A stretch of 20,000 bases of DNA from an uncultured virus (IMG/VR IMGVR_UViG_3300035511_000224) (taxonomy: Duplodnaviria > Heunggongvirae > Uroviricota > Caudoviricetes). Every line of letters begins with the position of its first letter. The first letter of the stretch is position 1. Both the position numbers and the translations under genes were made by a program. Shown in pieces: positions 12,001 through 17,634 of the stretch. The stretch is from IMG/VR virus record IMGVR_UViG_3300035511_000224. The stretch is one strand, 5' to 3'. Under the pieces are notes generated by a model. That model was not told the origin of the DNA and did not search any database. It saw only the letters and a program-made list of their open reading frames with translations.

Positions 12001-14991
12001 GTTAGGTTCATGAGGTTCTCCATTGATGTCACCCTCTGGCTGTGGATCTGGGCCATTGATTGGGCCTTCGGTCGGCTCACCACTGTCGGTCAAAAGCTTT
12101 TGGTCTTTCAGAAGCTTTTGGTCTGTGACGTCAGTTGCGTCAGCATCTTCAACTGTGCGCTCTTTGGCCTTGTTAGGGATAAGCTCGTTGATATATTCTT
12201 GAATGGCGCTGTTCTCAGCCTCTGTGCGTCTCCGCTCGTCCTTTCGAATTGCTTTGTCGATGTCAACACCATACTTGTCATTTATGCGGCCACGCATCTC
12301 GTCAGTTATAGTGGTTTCATCATAGTCACCTATAGCCTCGACAACCTTGCGAAGTATGTTCTGCTGTGCCTCGCTAAGTTGGTCGTTCTTGTCAGCACCT
12401 TTAAGATGATTGCGACGTGCCTCTTCGCAAGTGCGGTACACTTGCACCATGTCCCAACCATTCTCTTCGGCAACCTTGCGACAAGCGTCTTGCAATCGGT
12501 TCTCAAAGTAAACAATATTCTGCTGATATTGCTCACCTTTTTCTATCTGGTTGATTTCAGCTTGTCGTTTGATGCGTTCCAACTCGAGGTCAGCTGCTTT
12601 GCGGTCTTTAAAGCTTCGCGAGGTGATAACACCATTTGCTCCTTGCGATTCCACAATGAAGCCTCCGTCACCATCTTCAATCATCTCTCCACGCATAATT
12701 GTAGATGGAGGAAGCTGTTTACCTGTAGCATAGTAGTACATCTTTGCACGTGCTGCTTCACTAACACGATTGTCTTCTAACATGTCAGTTAAACGGCTTA
12801 CAATCTTCGGCGCATCTTTTGTGATAAGACTTCCATCAGATGGATTACCTTGTCTCTCGGCGCTCTCTACAAGGCTGCGGAGGTCTCCATAACCATTGCG
12901 TTCCAGTTCGGCCTTCTCGTCCTTTGTCAGTGCCATACCACCGTCTGATGGTGCATCCATGCGCATACGCAGACGGCTCTCGAAGTCGAGACGATTCTTT
13001 GTGCCATTAGTCGGACTCTCGAGCGACTTCTTAAGGTCTCCAAGTACACTTCCTGCTGATTTAATCATGCCCTTAGCCTTGAAACCTACCATCATGGCCA
13101 TATTGTCCGTCCATACGTCCATTGCGTCTTGGTCTCCGTTCAACCATTCCGGAACGGAGAAGATGGTACCTTCCAATACAGTAGAACCGGTAAACACACT
13201 TGCACGTGTGGCAACCTTTCCGACAGTGCTCGACGTGCCTCGTACAAGTTTGTCAGATACATTACCAGACACAGGAGACAGCCAACCGATGGCCGCGCCC
13301 ATCATGCTACCATGAAGAAGTTGTTTTCCAACGGCTCCTGCCGAATATCCTTCATTCATATATCGTCCGCTCTGGTCTTGGCCCACGATGTGACCTCCAT
13401 GAGCGAATTGTGTTTCAGCCTCCTTGATACCTTCCATAGCACCGAAGTTGGCTGCGCCACCTACAACACCACTGACGATACGACCGGTTAATGTAGTCGC
13501 GAACTGGCGTGCAGCGGCGTTTGTTAATGCAGCCGTAGCTCCACGGCCTACAAGATAGCGTCCACCTGCCCACATCGCGCCCTTTGCGGCAGCACTACCT
13601 ATACCTCCGGAAATCCATGTGGTTGGATCGAGAGCAAAACCACCCACGGTACCCACAACACCAAGTACCTTGTGTCCGTCTTGGCGATATTCTTCATTGG
13701 CGGCTTCGTATGCTGCCATATCACCGGTTTTACCGGAAGCGGCCAAAACTTCAAATCCTTTGGTGATATTGTTCACCATGTTACCATCTGAAATTTTACG
13801 TGCAAGGTATTCAAGCTCATTCTTAGGACGGTTCTTCTCGACGGCAAGATCGTACAAGCGCTTATCGGACTGTTGTCGTGCCATCTCTTCTGCTTTCGTA
13901 TAAAGAAGGAGGTCATCCTCACCTGGATAACGGTAACGCAGCATCTGATGACAATCGTCGATGAGTGATTGTTGGCCTTTCTCTCCGAGATTATTCCATG
14001 AATCTTCCATTAAGCGGTCAAGATCAAAATTGGTGAGTCTCGCTACATCCATTTGATATTTCAATCCTGTAGCCATCGCTCGGTTTTCTCTACCACCTAA
14101 CGCCAAAGATTTCAATCCTTTCATTAAGACGTTCTCTTGACCATTTAACTCAGGAGACTCATGCTTTATGATTTTTTCTGACTGTTCATTCAGCCTTTGT
14201 TCAGCAGCGTCCCACGCCTGCTCTGCGGCATTCTCGCCCTCTGCCGGATCATGACGACTCCACAAGGAACTAAGACGGCCCTCAAATTCACGTTGCAACC
14301 GTTTGTTTTTGGAGCGTTGGCCATCCTCGGTGTTGTTTTCCCACCAGGTATGATATTCAGTGTTCTTCCGGCTCTGCTCCATAGGCGTACTTACTCGATC
14401 TCCTTGTTGTGTGTAGTAGACCTTCTCCATCTTTCCGGTCTGTGGATTGAACACTTGCTCACCGGTAGATGCACCAAGCATGTTTCCCTTTTGAATATTC
14501 TCCATGAACTGTTGATTATCCTCCAGGGTCTTTCTCACTTGCTCGTTAGCCTGTCCAATTTGCATGTCAATTGCCTTGCGTTGCATCTCCGTCGGTTGCC
14601 ACGTCGGCTCTTTGGTCTGCTGTGTTGTCTGCTCCGGCTGTTTCACTGCCGGTGCCGTCGGATGATTTTCAACTTTAGCAGAAGTCGCTGTTCTATCTAC
14701 TACAGGATTTACAACAGATGTAACCTGCTTAACAGGTGTACTCGCTTGTGTCTGCGCCTGTTGATTTTTTGTTGTACTACTCTTTGCAGGTGCCTGCGCT
14801 GCCACGGCTCCAATATCCTTAGAGAAGGTGTCGAAGTCTGGCAACGAATAAGCTTTCTGCATATTGTTGTAGAAACGTCTGCGCTTCTCCTCGTCCTTCA
14901 TATCTTTAGAGAAAGTATCGAAGTCAGGAAGCGAGAAGTGCTTCAAGCCGTTTTCGTACAACTTGTGTAAGTTATCGTTTGGATTAACCAT
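1..14991 (-). CDS. Giant phage polyvalent / internal virion protein (DarB-like MTase-helicase containing), >=4997 aa, 3'-partial
   Basis: ATG at 14991 (MVNPNDNLHKLYENGLKHFSLPDFDTFSKD...). The same frame reads ...TGVEYTEEDDGEEETANESE at positions 60-1. It was open in every segment I translated, and the track reports no closed ORF in this frame, which an internal stop would have produced. Several recognisable domains lie in frame. Confidence 0.92.
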   Translation of the reverse strand, partial: MVNPNDNLHKLYENGLKHFSLPDFDTFSKDMKDEEKRRRFYNNMQKAYSLPDFDTFSKDIGAVAAQAPAKSSTTKNQQAQTQASTPVKQVTSVVNPVVDRTATSAKVENHPTAPAVKQPEQTTQQTKEPTWQPTEMQRKAIDMQIGQANEQVRKTLEDNQQFMENIQKGNMLGASTGEQVFNPQTGKMEKVYYTQQGDRVSTPMEQSRKNTEYHTWWENNTEDGQRSKNKRLQREFEGRLSSLWSRHDPAEGENAAEQAWDAAEQRLNEQSEKIIKHESPELNGQENVLMKGLKSLALGGRENRAMATGLKYQMDVARLTNFDLDRLMEDSWNNLGEKGQQSLIDDCHQMLRYRYPGEDDLLLYTKAEEMARQQSDKRLYDLAVEKNRPKNELEYLARKISDGNMVNNITKGFEVLAASGKTGDMAAYEAANEEYRQDGHKVLGVVGTVGGFALDPTTWISGGIGSAAAKGAMWAGGRYLVGRGATAALTNAAARQFATTLTGRIVSGVVGGAANFGAMEGIKEAETQFAHGGHIVGQDQSGRYMNEGYSAGAVGKQLLHGSMMGAAIGWLSPVSGNVSDKLVRGTSSTVGKVATRASVFTGSTVLEGTIFSVPEWLNGDQDAMDVWTDNMAMMVGFKAKGMIKSAGSVLGDLKKSLESPTNGTKNRLDFESRLRMRMDAPSDGGMALTKDEKAELERNGYGDLRSLVESAERQGNPSDGSLITKDAPKIVSRLTDMLEDNRVSEAARAKMYYYATGKQLPPSTIMRGEMIEDGDGGFIVESQGANGVITSRSFKDRKAADLELERIKRQAEINQIEKGEQYQQNIVYFENRLQDACRKVAEENGWDMVQVYRTCEEARRNHLKGADKNDQLSEAQQNILRKVVEAIGDYDETTITDEMRGRINDKYGVDIDKAIRKDERRRTEAENSAIQEYINELIPNKAKERTVEDADATDVTDQKLLKDQKLLTDSGEPTEGPINGPDPQPEGDINGEPHEPNGEQKPIGRAVMQFQDRQVEVLSGNVVMTDDGKMVDHAKSDNTIVIRDINTGKVEMVAPKDILSYEPYKAEEATTEATPTPEAAADEQPEATEQPKYGAGRISIQNSDGSQSKGWLTGTTVTEDNYDELGLSPNEIGKYEYYVEGDLSHLHYASEQELDSMVTDFKPDTKQQEETPTQAPTTTEGADPNEYQKGYTAGMQSAEKMTDEELNAELESINNEAEQMTDAGSGYVAALQYEQQRRQQESGAEVANTETNENITENAPNITQNGEFGTENGPNITENGNLRTENAPSSSQSVENEQQPAVPAEEQTPLQSIPRDENGEPIFEQAETPEVAWDGLIEFSEGDKDTAKEIADTMVEEKRKVFEKAQKLKSKGKTPTEILQSKRQNAAELAKAQQELEQWQKIAGVEQARQDAIRREQDAIRSKQEAEEKRLAAERAEQEREAKAAQEEAERKEREALEGIPEWHRDTPENARARGARRFQGQLFVRQEPIADAALGKEVNVKFSQEDIPHGRVAVIEASQLQPSHIQGKRNPMYFIDEAQPKNRSEAVSTLAAQQIAENIRPEEITGSTTAYTGAPTVNTRGEVVQGNNRTDALRYLWENSLPEQQAAYKQYLLDNAEQLGIDAETVNSKQQPVLVNMLDVDDNEAIRLGQMTANDTESGGVERIKPKNVAQKLGDDMRKYANMLLRSADEDASFGQLVDSNGADVLKWMNQVGAISNTQYQSAFNSKGAITPEAKNDLQKVLYQAVFKGATPQLEELFDKLPAKAQRAILSTAFRDMDSPFAGKALPEIQASIVAYNELERDEAFKNAKNLEQASRAIEDYKRQLMFDDRSEQVRPSDNFSNFALHLAGLYKAGDMSQTTIASYFNRMFDYAQGKVAASLFSEADTTLYPLAEAIKKVFNFDYKPAKNGNNNDKNGGPDVALSNTGSTEGEPGSNEPYKGGEQAEGGTEPTERRGRTARDSATGGDESEHERVIPQEVSGEERTEMQSRIVEWLSDENLTKGIGKTRTEIFEEFGNEPEPIAYIPAQYLSYVDPNISDPRIYCGKGYFIDHALRNHAQEGMQIDVEDVDVSKYLNIQTVLDSPDAIKETFVDGKRTVVFIKKIGRYFAELTQVEENGKIILHKSTFNQKKEPYAKIDDIRHKSSSSEGGTSSISHADESASAISLESRGDDVSSEGKVNTLSTEKQAENEKSSTHADNIKQLTEDVDQTPTNVDKDGNIVDANGTTLTLYHGTPNDDVNSLSDLEPGHHRDGEEAPARFNGDGISFTPNRSVAEDYASDGHTEGKVFEANITLKKPYYTVGVANMTPEEAAAFTEKLKEQGYDGIINYASKDMREAVALPNEVIVFDKSSAREVKSPLEETADKIAEAEQQVNNNPTEAQKEAGNYKKGHVKVGPFDVTIENTQGSVRRGTDSNGKQWETPMKNSYGYFRGTEGVDGDHIDVFLANDIKSWDGKKAFVVDQTNSDGTFDEHKVMLGFNDKDAAMEAYLANYDANWADTHPGLRISEVNMDEFKKWVDSSHRKTKPFADYAKVDKITDEHPTGKEPEGYTIEPRKDTRDNSDIFAVKFEDRVSREEFKGQKAIAKEHGGYWSNFGKKGFLFKTREDAQAFADAIMGKSEDEVADQAPLSMADMSEKQQEEEPTVKKVDVEGLFNALYTKGSTKLSDHATPVEEKPQAPKPQPQAEETKPKRRKWISDKDAEEFDTLRNSLRSHLGGIPNIAKEDEVSYGKQQPKEMDAEVLRMGTRMTYLMMKGGLRSFSDYAEAMVDELGEAIRPHLKPLYAATQNMEEVMDLGWDEEMDDRKTVKAFDVYNFDKQGAKDIIGTAQQIVDENASQQQTDKLIETIKEERNEQRRKEADKTSADTEAVVNQAETTASQVESKLENATTEEDAERLDQSINKEIEEVNKQLALLGYYEADEVDKDYNEMFGYMRNAERKATQDAHQLATQLAKDLGLAIDAKDKVKADRRYGFGSKIAHSNIAPAGGEVTITLPLGNGKELSMVLFMEPNSKWITNGRADRPSDDLVFKGGYFRAEDPEGRGENRYLTGNHDITSDVTYDALIADVRRAIRHLLPEEKVKPATPLKPNPGEDLVKMAARVSKENETHNGFKRGDYVMWDRVGNGKWEKQQIVDFDEDGSPILNSFGTNWIKEKADWSRIKKIETQNQTIGDLFGPLFAETKEEEPSKVEPKNKVNNTQKDNDNEKTDVRPSTETTGRGRQQPRSDESLGESAAHENERTDRGGVAERSGEHPVSDTKRSTGVSGLHQSERGVTEPKNTHNNHAERGVDYAPKGEKARIDANIAAIELAKKLLESGATATPQEMTILRKYSGWGGLGAAFNEGNAWSRNPVNQQLRKALTQEEYDAAVMSRNSAYYTPAPVIDAMWDIAKALGFKGGNIVEGSAGIGNILGLMPTDISERSNIHAVEIDKMTGGILSLLYPDAKVDVQGFEKTHIGNGTVDLAITNVPFVTGLHVMDESGDSDLSKKFRDIHDFCIAKNVRKLREGGIGIFITSSGTLDKSQKLRNWIVGEHEGNADVVGAFRMNNQTFGGTAATSDIIVIRKRVNGQRSANAIDVSTVSPARTAAFTDGRKTRDLPLLINRYFIEHPENMGGEMFFGFEQGDNYRPTSMGLFPTRSADQTERIAAWVKSLADKDWKSEQGSRAEIDKTSHINEALGEGVKEGSMVLDSDGNICIARSGRAVPVDVNNNKIKGHTKQECFKDYTAIKDALAEVLKYQTEHDDDKGLQPLLNKLNNAYDSFVKKYGNLNKNNNLAWMRNDVDFSSIVALETYSERGDKNGSKIKEYGKTDIFSRRVVDKETEPAPTNVKDGIIASLYKFGRIDSDYLAEHLGKSKEEIKNEMVERGLGFENPTTGQMEVSYEYLSGNVREKLRQAKEAEKDNPGAYTANIKALEAVVPMNIPAHLIEFTLGSSWIDPKLYERFVKERTDLDVTLTSVGGTWHMGEPFYTNTSKNTEMGVRSEAFGTLIPGHKLIEAAITNKSIVVSKTYKMPDGSTETERDPSATAACMAKIDEIRQDFKDWAREQMQADPDMSMRMEEEYNEQFNNSVPKQIPDDFVPEHFGGAATVVGGKPFKLRPHQAKAVIRATTQPVLLAHEVGTGKTYTLITTAMEMRRLGTARKPMIVVQNATVGQFVASAKALYPNAKVLTLEDADRNAEGRKAFYAKIKFNDWDMIVVPQSVFERIPDSIERQTRFIQDKIEEKMLVLEQMKNADPHGNSIIVKQAEREISRLEDEIAQLASGGVPDKKKEKDAKKAAVTRQNAEVKAREMLDRETDDVEDFDSMGIDAILVDEAHEYKHLGFATAMQRGVKGVDPSYSKKSQGVFLKAQSVLEKTGGKNVVFATGTPISNTAAEIWTFMRYLMPADQMKEYGIYYFDDFVRNFGNIQQMLEFGTNGKPKENNRFAGYVNLPELVRIWSTVADTVLTREAGGVSDKIPSMEGGKAQDIFLPQTRALRSILKYVNAKLDEYDKMSGKEKKANSHIPLVMYGIAKAAAVDARLVQADAEDDPNSKTNEAVRQTLQSLEETKDYKGTVAIFADNYQNKATGFNLYEDIRSKLIAQGVPAEQIVVMKSGMSVKKKLEIFDKVNAGDVRVILGSTFTLGTGVNIQDRLNTLIHVDAPNRPMDYTQRNGRILRQGNLHKDWNKPVKVLRFGVEDSLDVTAYQRLKTKGAIADSIMNGKQLMSNSMDNRSMEEDQDLFGDMTAQLSGSEYAMMKNQIEKEVRKLRAKQKAWEADQTYIHNRKRQIAGQNKEAEQRAAENKVYLEKVEKAEISNITVGKQSFANIDAMEDFFSEQNKKKRELQEQVRTGYNSRSANMDITVSVGGFDFKIHTEITQEMKQGQGALFASAPAKMTYSCEELGIEKMPVKENLIKNAISDIVENVVTGNDFRERIESAERSIERNNEELHSMELREGKPFQFTEELAQAESKLDEYDELMKKEMAEKEAKYADMDKDVQAATGVEYTEEDDGEEETANESE
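900..2730 (-). other. SNF2/SF2 helicase domain of the giant protein (DarB-like)
   Basis: Q motif LRPHQ, Walker A HEVGTGKT (2655-2632), Walker B LVDEAH (about 2073-2056), motif III ATGTPISN, motif VI QRNGRILRQGN. Confidence 0.93.
4150..5160 (-). other. N6-adenine DNA methyltransferase domain of the giant protein (DarB-like)
   Basis: YSGWGG, motif X AYYTP, motif I VEGSAGIG (about 4800-4777), motif IV NVPF (4602-4591), LREGGIGIFITS. Confidence 0.92.
5178..5387 (-). CDS. Small helical protein (69 aa) nested in the +1 frame of the giant gene
   Basis: MRKLTYDLAP...LTEEEWLNVVESILCLTPNEAQEYLDYIRASEA has globular, amphipathic composition, while the host frame here is a disordered G/R/S/E linker. The start context aaaaagataacgacaATG has A at -3, -6 and -11 to -13. 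Confidence 0.65.
   Translation of the reverse strand: MRKLTYDLAPKQPGEGDSNRDLMNRWERAQHMKMSELTEEEWLNVVESILCLTPNEAQEYLDYIRASEA
7400..7870 (-). other. Inorganic pyrophosphatase (polyvalent-protein InPase) domain
   Basis: NPTEAQKEAGNYKKGH...IEN..GS.R.G...W...M...YGYFRGTEGVDGDHIDVF...VVDQ...FDEHKVMLGF...FKKW. Confidence 0.9.
7945..8360 (-). other. ADP-ribosyltransferase (ART-PolyVal-like) domain
   Basis: LYHGT (about 8304-8290), GDGISFTPNRSVAEDYA, KVFEANITLKKP, LKEQGYDGII, and terminal EVIVF carrying the putative catalytic Glu. Confidence 0.85.
8430..8461 (+). promoter_or_regulatory. Putative antisense Bacteroidetes primary-sigma promoter inside the giant gene
   Basis: cTTG (8430-8433), 20-nt spacer, TAACTTTG (8454-8461); compare consensus TTTG-N19-21-TAnnTTTG. 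Confidence 0.6.
8467..8565 (+). ncRNA. Candidate ~95-nt structured antisense RNA
   Basis: Closing stem TCATCG (8477-82) / CGATGA (8554-59); hairpin ATGCAGA-TTCG-TCTGCAT (8508-25); hairpin GGAGG/CCTCC (8533-51); short T-run at 8562-65; begins just after a promoter match. Confidence 0.45.
8560..8990 (-). other. PBECR-like (Barnase/EndoU/Colicin E5-D/RelE fold) nuclease domain
   Basis: ...YFIDHALRNH...YLNIQTVLDSPDAIKE...VVFIKKIGRYFAELTQVEENGKIILHKSTF fits the H...H / L..PD.I / strand-strand-(S/T)xF layout of phage BECR domains. The segment is lower in GC than other parts of the gene. Confidence 0.65.
9054..9266 (-). CDS. Small helical protein (~66-70 aa) nested in the +1 frame of the giant gene
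   Basis: METTMTRMEVLMWLSVIQEAQKGNLEAMNHIKVENKLRAEQNRPSVEEELQEIAQQAEMRANMKELYRRK. The host frame here is a disordered linker (GGPDVALSNTGSTEGEPGS...). ATG 9254 has A at -3, -6, -12, -13; ATG 9266 has A at -3. Confidence 0.62.
   Translation of the reverse strand: METTMTRMEVLMWLSVIQEAQKGNLEAMNHIKVENKLRAEQNRPSVEEELQEIAQQAEMRANMKELYRRK
10000..10510 (-). other. ddrB-like ParB-superfamily domain
   Basis: AVIEASQLQPSH...AQPKNRS...IAENIRPEEI...AYTGAPTVNTRGEVVQGNNRTDAL...YKQYL...LGID...PVLV. Confidence 0.85.
11131..11250. repeat. Degenerate 21-bp tandem repeat (5-6 units) in a linker of the giant gene
   Basis: Units start at 11131, 11152, 11173, 11194 and 11215, with consensus approximately gCc(a/g)TTTTcCGTaatatttgg; they encode TENAPNI/TENGPNI-like heptads. 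Confidence 0.75.
13070..13690 (-). other. Gly/Ala-rich hydrophobic segment (possible membrane-spanning ejection module)
   Basis: VLGVVGTVGGFALDPTTWISGGIGSAAAKGAMWAGG...IVSGVVGGAANFGAMEG...GSMMGAAIGWL, similar in character to N-terminal regions of injected phage proteins. Confidence 0.55.
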
Positions 14992-15009
14992 AGTCTTTTA
15001 ATATTTTGT

Positions 15010-16140
15010 TTAATATGCTTGCGGTAATTCTCCTACCTCCAATCCTGCAACTTGCTTAATTGCTTTTTGTGCAGATGGAGATTGTTCTACAAACTCTCCA
15101 ATAGCAATAAGCATCGATTCAAGCGATGGCTCTTTATTACCGACAATAATTCCGTCCTTTACGATTGGATCACCTTGTATTTTAGGAACTCGTTTTTTTA
15201 CAGGTTTTCCATCTGAATCAGTACCATCTACGTAGTCATACTTGAATTTATCTTCGAGTGAGTAGTAAATTCGTGATACCGTCTGTGCGTTCAATTGGTC
15301 AGCTGATAAAGTGACGTTGCCATTTCCGCTTCCAAGATTGAATGTCATCGAACCATTCTTGAGCTCCTGTGCAATTTTCTTGCCTTCAAGTTCAAGACGT
15401 TTTCTCTCAATGGATGAAGATGTATTGAATTGCTGAACACTTTGCTTGAACTGACGTTCTGCGAGGTCGGTAGATTCTTTATGCCATTCACCTTCACGTT
15501 CGAACGCTCTGTTTCTGTAGTCAACATCATCTTTGCGGTCTTGGCGTGAAGCTTCGTAATTACGGTCTTGTCGAGCAAGGCCCTGCTCAGTCTGCCATAT
15601 CTGCAAACCTCTGTCAGCATCTTCACCTTTAAGCTTTGCATATTGCATAGCATAGTTGTAGAACTTGTCGTTAGCGGCATCTCTCTCTGCCTTCTCCTTC
15701 TCGAATCGCTCTTTAGCCTTAGCCGACATACCTTCTTTGGCATTATACATATTAGGAGCATACTGTGTCGTGAAGTACAGATTGGCAATAGACTGCGCAG
15801 CATCAGACACGCCGCTGATTATACCTTCAATCTTTTGCTTGCGTCTCAGCTTCTTCAATTCCTCTTCAGTGAGAGGCTTGTTGGCTTTCATGCCTTCCTC
15901 AAGATACTTGTAAAGTTCTCCATAGTTATTGACCTTCTTAAGCTCTTCCGGAACCTTAGTAGAGATTGCAGATGTTACTGATGCTGGTTGTGTGTTTGTC
16001 GTAACTGTTGGAGAAGTGTTTCCACCAGTCGATTGAGAGTTTCCTTCGCTGTTATTTGTACCCTGTGGCACAATGGAAGATTGTTCGCCTTCCACTGCGC
16101 CTTGGGTGTTATCACGTATATTAGGGTCTGTCACTGTCAT
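15010..16140 (-). CDS. Putative internal virion/ejection protein (376 aa)
   Basis: Disordered N-terminus, LRRKQKIEGIISGVSDAAQSIANLYFTTQYAPN motif and coiled coil; lies between a gp7/gp14-like gene and the giant gene in a tight operon. Confidence 0.7.
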   Translation of the reverse strand: MTVTDPNIRDNTQGAVEGEQSSIVPQGTNNSEGNSQSTGGNTSPTVTTNTQPASVTSAISTKVPEELKKVNNYGELYKYLEEGMKANKPLTEEELKKLRRKQKIEGIISGVSDAAQSIANLYFTTQYAPNMYNAKEGMSAKAKERFEKEKAERDAANDKFYNYAMQYAKLKGEDADRGLQIWQTEQGLARQDRNYEASRQDRKDDVDYRNRAFEREGEWHKESTDLAERQFKQSVQQFNTSSSIERKRLELEGKKIAQELKNGSMTFNLGSGNGNVTLSADQLNAQTVSRIYYSLEDKFKYDYVDGTDSDGKPVKKRVPKIQGDPIVKDGIIVGNKEPSLESMLIAIGEFVEQSPSAQKAIKQVAGLEVGELPQAY

Positions 16141-16155
16141 AATTGTTCCTCCATT

Positions 16156-16653
16156 TTAGAATAAACTTGCAATATTTGAAGCTGACTGTGCCGCACCTTG
16201 TACTGCCTGAGTAATTGCAGTAGACTTAGCTTGCTCAAGATTATTCAACTGATTGTTGAGGTCTGCCTTCGTAGATAAGTATTGCGATTCAATCTGGTCC
16301 TTTCTACGGTCACCGTTAACAGCAATCTGAGATGTGGCATCCGCGAGTGCTTGATTGTTCGCTGCTTTCGCTGCGGCAACACTTTCTTCTGTACCACCCA
16401 TTACGGCCTGCGTACCTGCTGCTTGCTGATTACGCTGCTTAATGTTCTCATTCGCCATTGTAAGGATACGTTGTGCGTCTGCGCGCTGTGTAGCATCCTC
16501 GTTGTACCTTCTGTCGTACCAATCCTGATTCTCGGATTGTTGCGTCTGAATGTTCTGCTTGATTTTCTTCATCGCTTTGGATGCCTGGACTCCGCCGAAG
16601 ATACTTGCTCCGACGCCCAATGATCCACCGATGGTTGCGCCTAAAACTCCCAT
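16156..16653 (-). CDS. Putative small DNA-ejection/internal virion protein (P22 gp7 / T7 gp14-like architecture)
   Basis: Gly-rich hydrophobic N-terminus MGVLGATIGGSLGVGASIFGG followed by a Q/N/A-rich coiled coil. Confidence 0.72.
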   Translation of the reverse strand: MGVLGATIGGSLGVGASIFGGVQASKAMKKIKQNIQTQQSENQDWYDRRYNEDATQRADAQRILTMANENIKQRNQQAAGTQAVMGGTEESVAAAKAANNQALADATSQIAVNGDRRKDQIESQYLSTKADLNNQLNNLEQAKSTAITQAVQGAAQSASNIASLF

Positions 16654-16665
16654 AGTCGTAAATTT

Positions 16666-17079
16666 TTATCCCATATTAGTTGATGCACCTTGTGCTAACT
16701 CGAAAATACCCATATTGGAGATACCACCAGCATCTCCGCCAGCGTCTCCGCCAGCATCACCATCTTGCGAATCGTCGCCCAAAGAAGGAATAGGAGAAGA
16801 CTGGCTAGGAGAAGACGAACTTTCATTAGACTTTGCTTGTGGTTTTGCCTCCTCTTCTTTTCCCTCTTCTTCCTTTTCCGGCTCTTTCTGAACCACCACT
16901 TGCGTACTAGGTTGTTGATGAGATGCTGATTGTCCACCACCGGTCCAACTACCTTGGCTTGCATTTATCTCCATCTGAGATTTCATGTCACCATCAATTC
17001 GTGATGAAACTTTTTGAGCTTCCTTGTCCTTCTCTTTAATAGCTTTCATCACTGTGTTTGCTATAGCTGCTTGAAACAT
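16666..17079 (-). CDS. Low-complexity hypothetical protein (137 aa), first gene of the ejection operon
   Basis: ATG 17079 (MFQAAIANTVMKAIKEK...) lies just downstream of the promoter box; S/E/G-rich with DAGG x3; 12-bp gap to the next gene. Confidence 0.65.
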   Translation of the reverse strand: MFQAAIANTVMKAIKEKDKEAQKVSSRIDGDMKSQMEINASQGSWTGGGQSASHQQPSTQVVVQKEPEKEEEGKEEEAKPQAKSNESSSSPSQSSPIPSLGDDSQDGDAGGDAGGDAGGISNMGIFELAQGASTNMG

Positions 17080-17112
17080 AGTTGTATGAATTAATAAGTT
17101 ATATTTATGAAG

Positions 17113-17134
17113 CAAAGATATTTATCTACATTTG
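17113..17134. promoter_or_regulatory. Back-to-back divergent Bacteroidetes -7 promoter boxes
   Basis: Minus strand TATCTTTG (17120-17113) and plus strand TACATTTG (17127-17134), both TAnnTTTG, each facing an adjacent gene start (17079 and 17161). Confidence 0.7.
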
Positions 17135-17160
17135 CGGCACATCTTTAAGTTTTGATTTAT

Positions 17161-17514
17161 ATGGCATTAGGAAAGAAAACAGGAGGCCGAGAGAAAGGAA
17201 CTCCCAACAAGCCGAACCCACTCAAAGAGCATCTACGCTCGCGTTCAATAAACTACTTCGTAACGCCGGTAATACTAGTAGAAGATGAGCAGATTGCTGA
17301 ACGCCTAGGAGTGGAAGTGGGAAGTAAAGTACCACGCGCTGATATTGACGAGATGGCCATGGAGCCAAAGGACCGTGCTGCATGGCACGAGAAGTTATTG
17401 CGTTACCACACACCACAGATGCAGTCTGTGTCTGCTGAGGTGTCATTGTCCGGAGAAGTCACCACGACAATAGGAGATCGTCTTGCACAACTTGCAGCCG
17501 ATAACAATAACTAA
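17161..17514 (+). CDS. Terminase small subunit-like protein (117 aa)
   Basis: N-terminal GKKTGGREKGTPNK motif and C-terminal LLRYHTPQMQSV, a pattern seen in phage TerS-like proteins. Confidence 0.6.
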   Translation: MALGKKTGGREKGTPNKPNPLKEHLRSRSINYFVTPVILVEDEQIAERLGVEVGSKVPRADIDEMAMEPKDRAAWHEKLLRYHTPQMQSVSAEVSLSGEVTTTIGDRLAQLAADNNN

Positions 17515-17634
17515 CCATCTAATTTGGTCTACTTTTAGAACTACATGCCGAGCAGATTACCCGGCATGTAGTTGTGAAATAGAAACGATTTATTCCTTCC
17601 CCAATAATGCCAATTATTCCCCCATTTATGGTCA

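Noticed and set aside
12094..12125. Direct repeat AAGCTTTTGGTCT x2
   Set aside because: A simple 18-nt in-frame duplication (DQKLL x2) with no further structure.
83..14970. Many + strand ORFs (e.g. 2269-2934, 10531-11121, 11689-12780, 14197-14970)
   Set aside because: Antisense shadows of the giant gene: L/C/F/S-rich with no recognisable motifs.
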